Assembly (NCBI GenBank): GCA_010093995.1
Contig: ML992501.1
Coordinates: 1,080,632 to 1,144,631 of the forward strand
Length of the DNA stretch: 64,000 nt
Reading direction: 5' to 3'
From: Elsinoe ampelina
Taxonomy: Eukaryota
Below, piece after piece: positions 36,127 through 46,216 of this stretch. The notes below the pieces were generated by a model, which did no database searches, was not told the origin of the DNA, and saw only the letters and a program-made list of their open reading frames with translations. Position 1 is the stretch's first letter. Each line of letters opens with the position of its first letter. The position numbers were made by a program, and so were the translations under genes.

Positions 36127-38064
36127 ATGAGTATGCTATCGTATTTCAGCTTCCCAGCGCTTGCCATATTCAGTATTATCGTTGCACTCATTGTGTACCT
36201 TTGGCCGCGAGTACTAGATGTAGCATTGGGTTATAAATATCCACCAGGGCCAAATGGCGTCCCAATTTTTGGCAACCTCTTCCAGCTTCCACCTGAGTAT
36301 GCCGGGACCAAGATGATTGCGCTAGCGAAGCAATATGGAGACATGTAAGATTCTGTACCCTGAACGATCCATATAAGTGAACGTGTTGACCGTGACCAGG
36401 TTCACACTCCAACTCGGAGCCAGACGATGGGTCTATGTCAATTCTCTCGACACTGCCCGGGAGCTCTTCGACAAGCGAGGCAAGATCTATATCGGTCGAC
36501 CAGAGTTTCCCATCACACAAGACATCCTTTCTGGTGGAGGCAGGATTGTCCTTATGAACAATACGCCACAGTGGAGAGATCTGAGGAAGATCATGCATTC
36601 TCTACTGATGGCCAGCAACGTATGAATCGCCTACACGGGGCTCTGTAGATTATTGACTGACTATGGCTTAGGCGAAAGCATACGAACCCTTCCAAGATAC
36701 AGAGTCAAAAGCTTTGGTGTGGCAACTGCTACACGAACCCTCAGATTTCCATAAGCATGCTGCTCGCTTCGCGAATTCAGGTAAGTCATTCACTTGGATC
36801 GTCTCTGGGATGAAATATTGACGAGAGGCAGTCATCTTCTCCGTGTGAGCTTGGCAGCATTACGGATCACCCTCAAGCTGATAGCAACAGTGTCTTCGGT
36901 CGGCGTACAAGCATGGGAGAACCGAACGTTCGGGCGCTATTCGGCACGATCGACGATTTCATGTCAATGGTTACATCACCACTGACCTCCTTGCCGGAAC
37001 AGTTCCCCTGGCTGGTGCGATGGCTTCCAGGGAACCTACAATGGTTTCGACCAAAGGCAGAGCGAGTCTTCGATAAGACTATGCAGTGAGTGTAGTCCTC
37101 TGATGGCTCGATTAGCCAGCTGACTGGTCACTGCAGCGTTTATGCTTCTTTCATGGAAGATCTTGATAAGAGGGTCGCTGCTGGGGAAGATCCGCAATGC
37201 TTTGCCCGGGATATGTTCAAACTCGCGGACCGATATCAGCTAGACCAGGTTCGGAAGTACTTCTACGGTAGGTCGAATGAGCTGGTCATGCTTCATGACC
37301 GGGCTGACGAAGGTAGCTGGATCAATGATTGAGGCCGGCAGCGATACAACCAGGAATCAGATCAACCTCATGCTCGCAGCTGCAGCAATCTACCCTGCAT
37401 GGGTAAGGACAGCTCAAGCAGAGCTTCACTCGGTCTGTGGAGCTGCAGAAAGACTGCCAACCTTCGAGGTAGATTTGATGATCCGTTCGGTCGCCCTATC
37501 TGACATCTGCCAGGACTGGGACAGGTTGCCGTATATTGTTGCTACGATCAAAGAAACGCTGAGATGGCGGCCCAACATGACCACTACCGGCACACCCCGA
37601 AGGCTCGTGGATGACGATACATTTAGAGGGTACAAGTTTGAGAAAGGAACAATCTTCCCTTTCAACAATGCTGCTATCAGCCACAACGAGAACGATTTCA
37701 AGCGTAATGGAGAGTTCTTGCCCGAGAGGTTCTTGAACATTGATCTGCAGGACATGCTCAAGGGTCACGCTGGGTTTGGCTTTGGTAAGTCACCAGTGAC
37801 CGACTGTACGCGCACGCTGATCATGTTCAAGGTCGTCGAGCTTGCCCTGGCTGGTACGTGGGGACGCGCAACATGTTCATCGCTTTCGCTAGAATTCTCT
37901 ATTGCTTCGACATCAAAGAGCGACCCGGGCACAAGATCGACCCGTTGAGGATCGACGCATTTGCTCATGAGCATGCCCCATTCGACATTTAGATCACGCC
38001 GAGATCTGACAAACACCGAGCATTGATCTTAGAGACTTGCACATCTGCAGGCGAAACCGTCTGA
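36127..38064 (+). CDS. Cytochrome P450, multi-exon (includes a 13-nt micro-exon at 36832-36844); in-frame TAG at 37990-37992 precedes the apparent ancestral stop at 38062-38064
   Basis: N-terminal TM helix plus PPGP..PIFGN, I-helix AGSDTT, ETLR (ExxR), PERF, and heme motif FGFG|RRACPG rebuilt across the last intron. All inferred introns are GT-AG and keep the frame. Confidence 0.92.
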
Positions 38065-38107
38065 TGAAGACAATATACATTACTACTCATCGCCTGTTCG
38101 CCATGTA

Positions 38108-39480
38108 TCAGATCACGTCCAGTAGCTTCTGCCCCTTGCTCACTACCTTCACCTTCTCGATGCCCGATGGTCCCTTCTGCGCGCCCTTGGACACTCCCCC
38201 CTGAGCGATAGCCACCTGTGTTGGGTTGTCACCGAAAGCCAACATGGCTCCAGAGAAGAAGGGTGCACCAAGTACGCAATCGCTGTTACCCAGTGTCATG
38301 CTCAGCCCGCATACGTTCTTATCCGCGCCCTCCATCTCATCCAGCGAACCTCTGGCATAGTTGCGAAGAGGGATTTTGACCGTCGCCACACCACCTTTGA
38401 CGGCGGGGAAGCTAAAGTCGATCGTGGCGTTGCGTGGGATGTTATCGCACGTCCCATTGTACGCAATAAACAATTGGTCGTCGATGTTATACTTGATCAG
38501 CCCCGAAGCAGACAGGAAAGCGTCCTCGTCAATCGCAAGACCATCCTCGCCTGTACCGGAGTCCACGAAGCAGCGCTTGACGGAAGCATCCGAGGATTTG
38601 ATTTTCTTTGCCGTCGATTTGGGCTTGGATACATGTGCGACAGAGACGGTAGGAGCGGAGACATAGTAGCCCAGATAGGTGTTCTCGGGCGGGTCCACTT
38701 TAATTCCCACCAGGTCTCCCGAGTACTTGCTCTTTGGCGGAAGAGCACCGAGAAGAAGTGTTCCTTGAAACGTCCCATTGGCAGCTGCAGGCGCTCGATC
38801 GAACCACATGCTGAACACAGACGAGACGGAAGTCCGAGCTGCAAGATCCGTCCGGAATGAAGGCGAGACACCAATGAGGCCTTTCTTCGGCGGTGCGAGA
38901 CCGAGGATGCTATGGTCAAAGGACGACTCGGGGATCCTGCAGTCCTGGTCGAGCTGCTTGACAAGAGTATGGTTGGCCAGACCGACTTTCTGACTGACGA
39001 TGGCAGGCCACTTGTCGTTCGTGAAGCTCATGGAGTCGACAATGGTCGCGCCACCCGAGACGATCTTGCCATTGCCACCGTAGGCGTAGGCGAGGTTGGC
39101 CGGCTTCTTGTTCTTGGCCGACGAGGAAGCAGGCCAATTGTAAAAGTTCTGGACTGATTTGTTGCATGGTCCCGGTACGAAGAGGTAGTTGCTGCCATCG
39201 TTGATGGTACTGTTTGGTCCGTAGACCCAGAAGCCTGCTGAGCCGGTGTCGACGACGGCGGAGACTGGTGTTTGGGCTGGTGTTCCCCACTTGATGTCGG
39301 CGGAGATTCTGGGATGCCATCAGCACATTTTCTCCGCTTTCAATTTTGACTTCTTTCATCTCACCTTGGATAGTTGCCATATTTGAATAGAATCGGCATC
39401 GAAACGTACTTGTCGGTCTTTTGCTGTGATGGGGCGGCGCTTGCCACGGCGGCGAAGAGGAATAGCTGGTATTGATGCAT
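38108..39480 (-). CDS. Secreted pepsin-family (A1) aspartic protease; intron 39309-39364
   Basis: Signal MHQYQLFLFAAVASA; KWGTPAQ..VVDTGSAGFWV; flap YAYGG; SILGL; FVDSGT; CVLGAPFF. Confidence 0.88.
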
Positions 39481-39999
39481 GGCGATGACTTAGTGGACCT
39501 GCTGTACTTCAGGCAGTCAGTCACTGGTGGAGCATCCTTATATCTCTACATACTCGTATTGGCATCTTGCTTGATCAACTTAAGCTTCGATACCTCAACG
39601 CCTGGTCTGGATTTTGTACGACAACGGTTGAACGGTGTTGACACTATTATTACACCACTTTCCGAGGACATGACAGTCAAGCATCTCGGCCAAGATAGCT
39701 GTATCATCTCGTCGACCTCTGTTCGATGCGAACATGACACCATTCGTGCTTCATCGCACTATATACACAGCTGACAGCTCGAGATTTGTGGGTACATCAT
39801 CCAGTCCTTTCGACATTGAATGAGAAGAGCAGTGTCCGCGTATTCGTCCCGTTTGCCGTTGATATTCACAGGTAGCTAGCTCTTCGAGACTAATAATAGA
39901 CAAAAATGACTTCCATCGTCTCGTAAACTTCAATGAGATGTGAAAAAGACATATCTCGGATTCATTCCCATCTTCCGGGCCAAAGCACAACACTCAGCC

Positions 40000-41733
40000 A
40001 TGAAGCTCGCAATACTGACAGGGCTGCTCGCTACGGCTTTGACTTCCTTTGCAGCATCGATACCTCAGCTGGTCAGACATGAATCAATCGAACTTTTACC
40101 AGATGGATGGAGAGTTCGCTCAGTGGCCAACGATGCTGATCTGCTGCATCTACAAATCGCCCTCAAACATACCCGCAACGATTACTTGGACATTGCCAAC
40201 GAAGTGAGCGATCCTGATTCTCCAAGATATGGTCAATATCTGGAAAAGTATCAACTCGAGGCTATCATACCGGACTTGGGTGACCACGCTGGCGAAATTA
40301 TGAGATGGCTTCAAACTTCTGGTGCCTCGAGAGTGAGGCATCAAGGAGATTTCATCGACTTTGAGACCACAGTGGAGAATGCTCGGGTCCTACTACATGC
40401 CAACTTCAAGTACTACCAGTACGGCACGGAGAAACCTATTCTGCGCACGCAGAGCTATAACATACCCAGCAAGTATGGAGCAATGATCGACTTCATCTAC
40501 CCTACCATCCATTTCATGAGGACAAGCCAGACGCCGCCCAAGTCCCTCGTACGGCGACAACATATCCCTACTGGACCTGTCACTTGTGCGATAAGCATCT
40601 GTCCACGCAATTTGACCTCGGAGTACAACGTCACCTACGTCCCGCAAGACAACAAGTCGGGTAGCCGGCTCGGCGTTGCAGGGTTCCTCGAGCAATGGCC
40701 ATCACAGAAGGACACTCAGAAGTTCTTGAAAGACTATGGCCTGCGTAACCGCAGCATTCCTTACAAATACAATACCGTCCTCCTTGACGGTGGACAGAAT
40801 CCCAACGACCCTTCCAAAGCCGGTGCTGAAGCCACCCTCGACATCGAGTACGCTATGGCCATGGCAGACCCATTACCGGTCACCTACTTCTCCACTGGTG
40901 GCAGGCCTCCTCTCACCCTTTCTCAGCCCGGCAACAAGGTGGTCCCGCAGAACGAGTCTGGCAACGAACCCTACCTCTCCTTCTTCCGCCACATCCTCTC
41001 CCTGCCGAACCCACCACAAGTCCTCTCCATCTCCTACGCCGACGACGAACAATCCGTCCCCCTTCCCTATGCCCGCAAAGTCTGCTCCCTCGCAGCCCAG
41101 CTCGCAGCGCGCGGCGTCTCCATCATCGTCAGCAGCGGCGACGGTGGCGCCGCCGGCAACGGGGACAAGACCTGCAAGGGACCCAACGGGAAGAAGCGTT
41201 TCGTGCCAACCTTTCCTGCTAGCTGCCCCTGGGTCACGGCCGTAGGAGCTACGAACGAGTATGGTGTTGCCCATTACAGCTCGGGAGGATTCAGCAACTA
41301 CTTTCCCCGACCGAAGTGGCAAGAGGGGCAAGTCAAGGGGTACCTCGCCAGCTTGAACGGGTCTCATACGGGATGGTACAACAAGACTGGCAGGGGTATA
41401 CCGGATGTGTCACTGTTCGGTAGCGACTACCTTACCTATGGTGGTGGGTATGCATATCAGCAGAAAGGTACATCGGCGAGCACACCGGTGTTTGCTGCGA
41501 TGATCGCGCTGCTGAATGACAAGAGGCTGAGGGAGGGGAAACCGGTGTTGGGCTTCTTGAACCCGTTGTTGTATAGGAACAAGCAGGTGTGGAGGGATGT
41601 GACGGAGGGAGAGACGGATGGATGTCAGAATGGGAAGGACTTTGAGATTGGGTGGCAGGCGGCGAAGGGGTGGGATGCGGCGTCGGGGTTGGGGGAGATG
41701 GATTTTGAGAAGATGATGCAGGTATTGAAGTGA
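40000..41733 (+). CDS. Secreted sedolisin / tripeptidyl-peptidase (S53), intronless
   Basis: Signal MKLAILTGLLATALTSFA; pro-domain VSDPDSPRYGQYL; catalytic EATLD, SSGDGG, GTSASTP; LGFLNPLLY; GWDAASGLG. Confidence 0.95.
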   Translation: MKLAILTGLLATALTSFAASIPQLVRHESIELLPDGWRVRSVANDADLLHLQIALKHTRNDYLDIANEVSDPDSPRYGQYLEKYQLEAIIPDLGDHAGEIMRWLQTSGASRVRHQGDFIDFETTVENARVLLHANFKYYQYGTEKPILRTQSYNIPSKYGAMIDFIYPTIHFMRTSQTPPKSLVRRQHIPTGPVTCAISICPRNLTSEYNVTYVPQDNKSGSRLGVAGFLEQWPSQKDTQKFLKDYGLRNRSIPYKYNTVLLDGGQNPNDPSKAGAEATLDIEYAMAMADPLPVTYFSTGGRPPLTLSQPGNKVVPQNESGNEPYLSFFRHILSLPNPPQVLSISYADDEQSVPLPYARKVCSLAAQLAARGVSIIVSSGDGGAAGNGDKTCKGPNGKKRFVPTFPASCPWVTAVGATNEYGVAHYSSGGFSNYFPRPKWQEGQVKGYLASLNGSHTGWYNKTGRGIPDVSLFGSDYLTYGGGYAYQQKGTSASTPVFAAMIALLNDKRLREGKPVLGFLNPLLYRNKQVWRDVTEGETDGCQNGKDFEIGWQAAKGWDAASGLGEMDFEKMMQVLK

Positions 41734-41922
41734 ACGTAGACCCGGTTTCCTTTGTTCCCGGATACTCATGCGAGGGAAGCGAGTCAAGTTGTATTGACAT
41801 GGGACATGACGTGTACGCATGACCGCAACCGAAACCTTCTGTCATCTGAGCTTGCTTATCGCTTTTCGCCACCTTCTTTCCTTGTCGATCGCTGATCAAT
41901 CCAAAGTGTACACAACAGCAAG

Positions 41923-42114
41923 ATGGAATCCCGCGAGTATCCCACGCACTGTCGCAAACCGACACCAGTCAAGGGAGAAGAGCTTCGAGCCCTGAAGGCG
42001 TCCATACTACGACCTCGCCGCTTCCAACTGCTCAAGCTACCCCGTGAGCTCCGCTGTCTCGTATATCGACACATTCACAGCGCTACCAACAACAAACCTC
42101 CACTCTTCCTCTGA
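41923..42114 (+). pseudogene. Probable truncated F-box-like gene fragment
   Basis: The 63-aa ORF contains FQLLKLPRELRCLVYRHI, the typical fungal F-box-like start, and stops 12 residues later. Confidence 0.4.
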
Positions 42115-42126
42115 ACTCAATCCATC

Positions 42127-43590
42127 TCACTCAGTGTTGCTTGTCACAGGCGCCGCCACTGGATATGATCTGCCGATGTAATGGATCCATACCTTGCCGC
42201 TGCCAACACGCTCGAATTCCTCTCTGGCAGAGGTAGTCCTGAACACCCATTGAAGCGCCCTGACATCTTTAAGGACATCTTCCTCCACTCGCTGTCCTTC
42301 GCGTGAGCTGACTTCCTTCGTCCATTCCCGGACAATCAGGACGTGCTGCTCGCCTACTGCCTCCCATGAATCCATAGTGATGAAAGGCACATCAGTTCCT
42401 TTGGCGATATGACCGATGAGAAGATCTGTATTGTAGAGGTATGACAGAGCTTTGGGATATGCTTCATCTGCTCTGCGACTGGACCACACAAGTTGCTTCC
42501 ACGGATCTCCATCGCGTGTATCGGAGTACATGAGGTGAGCTTTGCTGAGACCTTCGATGAATACATTTGGGACTGCGATCTGGGCGACGGCGATCTCTGC
42601 TTTCTGAACTCTATGCTTCAGCCAGACAGCATAGCGATCCGCTGTAACGAGTTGTGGAGTGAAGTATGCGACTTTGATCTGACCAGAGAAATCACCAGGA
42701 GCCATCGCCAGTGCGCGTAGGCTCACCTTACGGGTGCCAGTGTCGTAGAATCGCTCGAGTTTCTCTTTTACGCCTGCAGTCCAGAGCATAGTGTGACCTT
42801 CTAGATGAGAGGGGACTCCGAGCTCTTCGGCTTGGGTGATCGTCTCATCCACTAAGGATGCAGATTTGTTGTCTTGTTCTTTCGTGTCGCGACTAGCTTG
42901 TCCTGCAGGTGCGAGTTTCTTTGACGAAGGTGAGTTTTGTGACGGCAGCGAGGACACGGATCCTGCATGTCTTCTGCCTACAGGCCGAGCGCGCATGATC
43001 TGTGACTGACGACTCTTCAGATCCTCGTTCAGACTACACAAAGTATCGTATGCCGCTTCCACAGATTCTTGAACCCAGAATTTGCAAGAAGCTGTGAATT
43101 TCACATCGTCGAATCGGGGATCCATAATGGCGCTCTTGAGCTCATCTGCAATGCCGATACTGTCGATACAGGCCGCCCAGTCATCTGTTGGGGAATACGC
43201 ATCTTGGATCTGGGGATGGTTCACTTCCCAAATGGCGATATGAAGGAAAGAAGAAGGGAAGTCATCGCCGGGCATCTGGTCGCTGAAGAGCTTGAAGAGG
43301 TGATCTGACTTTGCCCTGGTGAAGCCGAGGAATTGATATGATTCAGCGCTGAATTTATGATCCGGGATCACAATGTCGCTGACGGGAGAGTAGAGTGTTG
43401 AGGCTGTGAAAGATGCGTTCGTGATTCGATCAGATGATCCACCCGAGGAGCCTTCAGACAATGTGCGAGGTGAAGACAATGTTGAGGCAGATAGCACTCG
43501 CTGCTTATCTTGTACTGGGCTCAGAAGTCCTTGTGCAGTGAAAAATTGGACGACATCTTGCTCGAGAAGCGGCGCTGCCATTGATTCCAT
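42127..43590 (-). CDS. Hypothetical 487-aa protein: helical N-terminal domain, low-complexity linker, C-terminal domain with an ART/DUF3990-like motif order
   Basis: Long intronless ORF with GHTMLWTAG..PGDFSG..AYFT..ADRYA..WKQLVWSSR..DLLIGHIA..QWVFRT. The confidence is for the gene; the fold assignment is inference. Confidence 0.8.
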   Translation of the reverse strand: MESMAAPLLEQDVVQFFTAQGLLSPVQDKQRVLSASTLSSPRTLSEGSSGGSSDRITNASFTASTLYSPVSDIVIPDHKFSAESYQFLGFTRAKSDHLFKLFSDQMPGDDFPSSFLHIAIWEVNHPQIQDAYSPTDDWAACIDSIGIADELKSAIMDPRFDDVKFTASCKFWVQESVEAAYDTLCSLNEDLKSRQSQIMRARPVGRRHAGSVSSLPSQNSPSSKKLAPAGQASRDTKEQDNKSASLVDETITQAEELGVPSHLEGHTMLWTAGVKEKLERFYDTGTRKVSLRALAMAPGDFSGQIKVAYFTPQLVTADRYAVWLKHRVQKAEIAVAQIAVPNVFIEGLSKAHLMYSDTRDGDPWKQLVWSSRRADEAYPKALSYLYNTDLLIGHIAKGTDVPFITMDSWEAVGEQHVLIVREWTKEVSSREGQRVEEDVLKDVRALQWVFRTTSAREEFERVGSGKVWIHYIGRSYPVAAPVTSNTE

Positions 43591-43995
43591 AGTGAAGCTG
43601 ACGTAGAGGTTGATATGACAATTGCCTCCTGATCAACTGATGAGGATGTGAGTGAGATTATCTCTCAAGTGAAGTGGCGCAGAGAGTGTGGTCAAATTAT
43701 TTCAAGAGAGGTATGGTGAGTGTTAGGCGAAGAAATAGACACAGTGAGTCAGCAAAGGTTGAGTTCATAACGACGATTGAATGTGCTTTGTTTGATGCCA
43801 AGAACAGAAAAGTCGCCTACCATTTTGGGACTGCTGCCTGCGACGCGCACAAAGCGCGCCCTCAGCAACGTCAAAATCAGTGATGCCGCACAAGGAAGGC
43901 ACGTGCACACGGTAGAGACGAAGGTGATATGGCATCCTATCTACGTCAAGCACTCCCATCACACACATTTCACATCTCTGGCGTCGGTGAACTGC

Positions 43996-46216
43996 TCAAG
44001 CCATAGAGATCTTCCCACCTCCAACCTTCTCATCAGTCTTGTACAACGGCTCCAGCTCAGCATTGCGCTTCCAAAGCACCCACTTGTTGAACCACCACGG
44101 CAAAGCCTTTGTGGTCTGGTACTTGATAAATTGGGAGCCAGGAACACCGAAGATGTAATCCAACTCTTCCAAAGTTCTCTGTTTAGTCTCGGGCACGAAG
44201 AGGAAGATCATGAAGAAGGCGATAACGTTCTGCTTCATGTTAGCCAAATGCGATTTCGGAGAGGGGAGGTCAGGCTCACCAATCCAGCATAGAAACCGAA
44301 AGCGCCGACTTCGCCAAAGGCGGTGAGAATGGCAGGAAAAGAGATGGAGAGGACAGCAGCCCAGAATAGGCAGGTGGCGACGGCCCAGCCCATACCCACT
44401 TCTCTGTGGGACAAGGGGAAGACTTCTGCGGAGTAGGTGAACGGTACGGGACCTTCTCCGGGACTGTAGAAGGCTGCGAAGATGTAGATGAACATGGCGA
44501 TCAGACCGAGACGGGCAGGGTTGCTGCCGGGTGTATCTTCTGGGATCAAGAAGCACAGACCAGCAGCGAGGAGAGACCAAGCCCTGGAATGATCGTTAGC
44601 TAGGTCAGCGTGCGGACTGTAAGAAAGGACATACATGTTAGGGAAGGTGAAGAGGAGAAGCGTCCTGCGGCCGAAAGTGTCGATGGTCCAGATAGCTGGC
44701 CATGCAAAGACGAAGTTGACAAGACCGAAACCAAACGAGGCGATCAAGGCATTACGAGTGCTTGCGCCAGCGTTGACGAAAACAGTCGATGAGTAAAACG
44801 CAATGATGTTGATACCGCACACTGAGACTTGTCAGCAGGTTTGCACTTCTGATCATTTTGCTTGCTTACTCTGCTGAGCAATCATGACCACGAAAGAGGC
44901 CAAGGTAGCACGACGCACACGGGGAATGGTGAACAGCTGGAAAAAGCGGGAGACATAGTTGGTCTTGCCGACGATAGAAGCTTCAACCTGGAGCTGGCAG
45001 TGGATGTAGTACAGGTCGCGAGCGGCCTGGATCGGGTGGTGTCGGAGACGAAGCAATGACTTGTAGGCCTTCTGATAGCGGTTCTTCTTCATGTACCATC
45101 TTGGTGCTATGTCTTATCAGACTCTGTACACTCAAATCGAGGGTCTCGGACTCACACTCTGGGCAGAAGTAGATGCCAATAGTCAAGGGTACGGCAGGGA
45201 TGAAGGCAGATCCGATCTGAAGTCTCCAAGCGATGGTTCCGGTATTGACCACGGCCAAGTTTGCGCAGAAACCAAGGAAGATGCCAAAAGCAGTCCACTG
45301 AAGCGCAAGTGTCAGTACATATTCCGAACAAGGTATGCCGCATTGCCCTACCATCTGCCAGCTCATGACAAGTGCACCTCGGATGCGAGCCGGACTATTC
45401 TCCGCCGCAAAGATGGGCACGGTGCTACCCTTGAGACCCATACCAATACCCCTGCGAGAAGTCAGCCTTGCCAAGACGGTTCCCTAGATCGGACCACCCA
45501 CATGAGCAGACGGGTGATGAAGAGTTGTTCCCAAGTCTGAGAGATCGCACCACCGATAGGGGTCAAGACACAGAAGATAGCCGAGATGAAAATAGTCCCA
45601 CGACGTCCGAAATAGAAGTTGCAAGGGTCAGATAGCCAGCAGCCAAGGAAAGCAGACCCAATGTATGGGCCAGCGTTGACCACACCGACGAGCCAGGAGT
45701 CGCGAATCTGATTGGGAGCGCCATCTGTTTCTCCCTGGCCAATGCCGAACTCGGTGGGAAAGCTCAGATTGGCTCCGTTACTGCCGGTCTGATCCCATCC
45801 TTGGACAGCAGCGCCGATGGAGCAGACGATGATGGTGATGTAGAGCTGAATGGGGTGCTTCCATCGGTGCGCTTGCTCGAAGCGGAGAGCGTCCTTCTCT
45901 TCTTCTGACAGGACGTCAAGAGTCTCGTAGAGCGAGGGGTCCTGGGCGATCAAGGCGCCGCGCTGGATGAGCTCAGTATGCTCTCTGATGCCTTTGTCGT
46001 GTGCGAACTTGGTGACATCGTCAAAGAGTTGTTCGCGGGTCAGACCAGCGAGGGGGTTCGCGACCCTGTGCTTGTCAGTTGCTTGTCGAGTGGGGGAGGC
46101 GGCAGGGGAAGCACTCACTTGCCGTCGAGGTTCTTATTCAGATTGATCTCCTCGACCACCGACATCTTGCGGGGTTCGGGGGACTCGGACTTCTCCATGG
46201 AGTTTGAGTTGGACAT
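43996..46216 (-). CDS. MFS sugar porter (inositol/polyol transporter-like), multi-intron
   Basis: [79 protein letters not shown]. Exon 1 starts MSNSNSMEK at 46216. Confidence 0.93.

Noticed and set aside
23628..46216. Starship or other transposon as carrier of the accessory block; RIP-degraded repeats
   Set aside because: No DUF3435 recombinase, transposase, RT, terminal repeats or AT-rich RIP tracts are visible.
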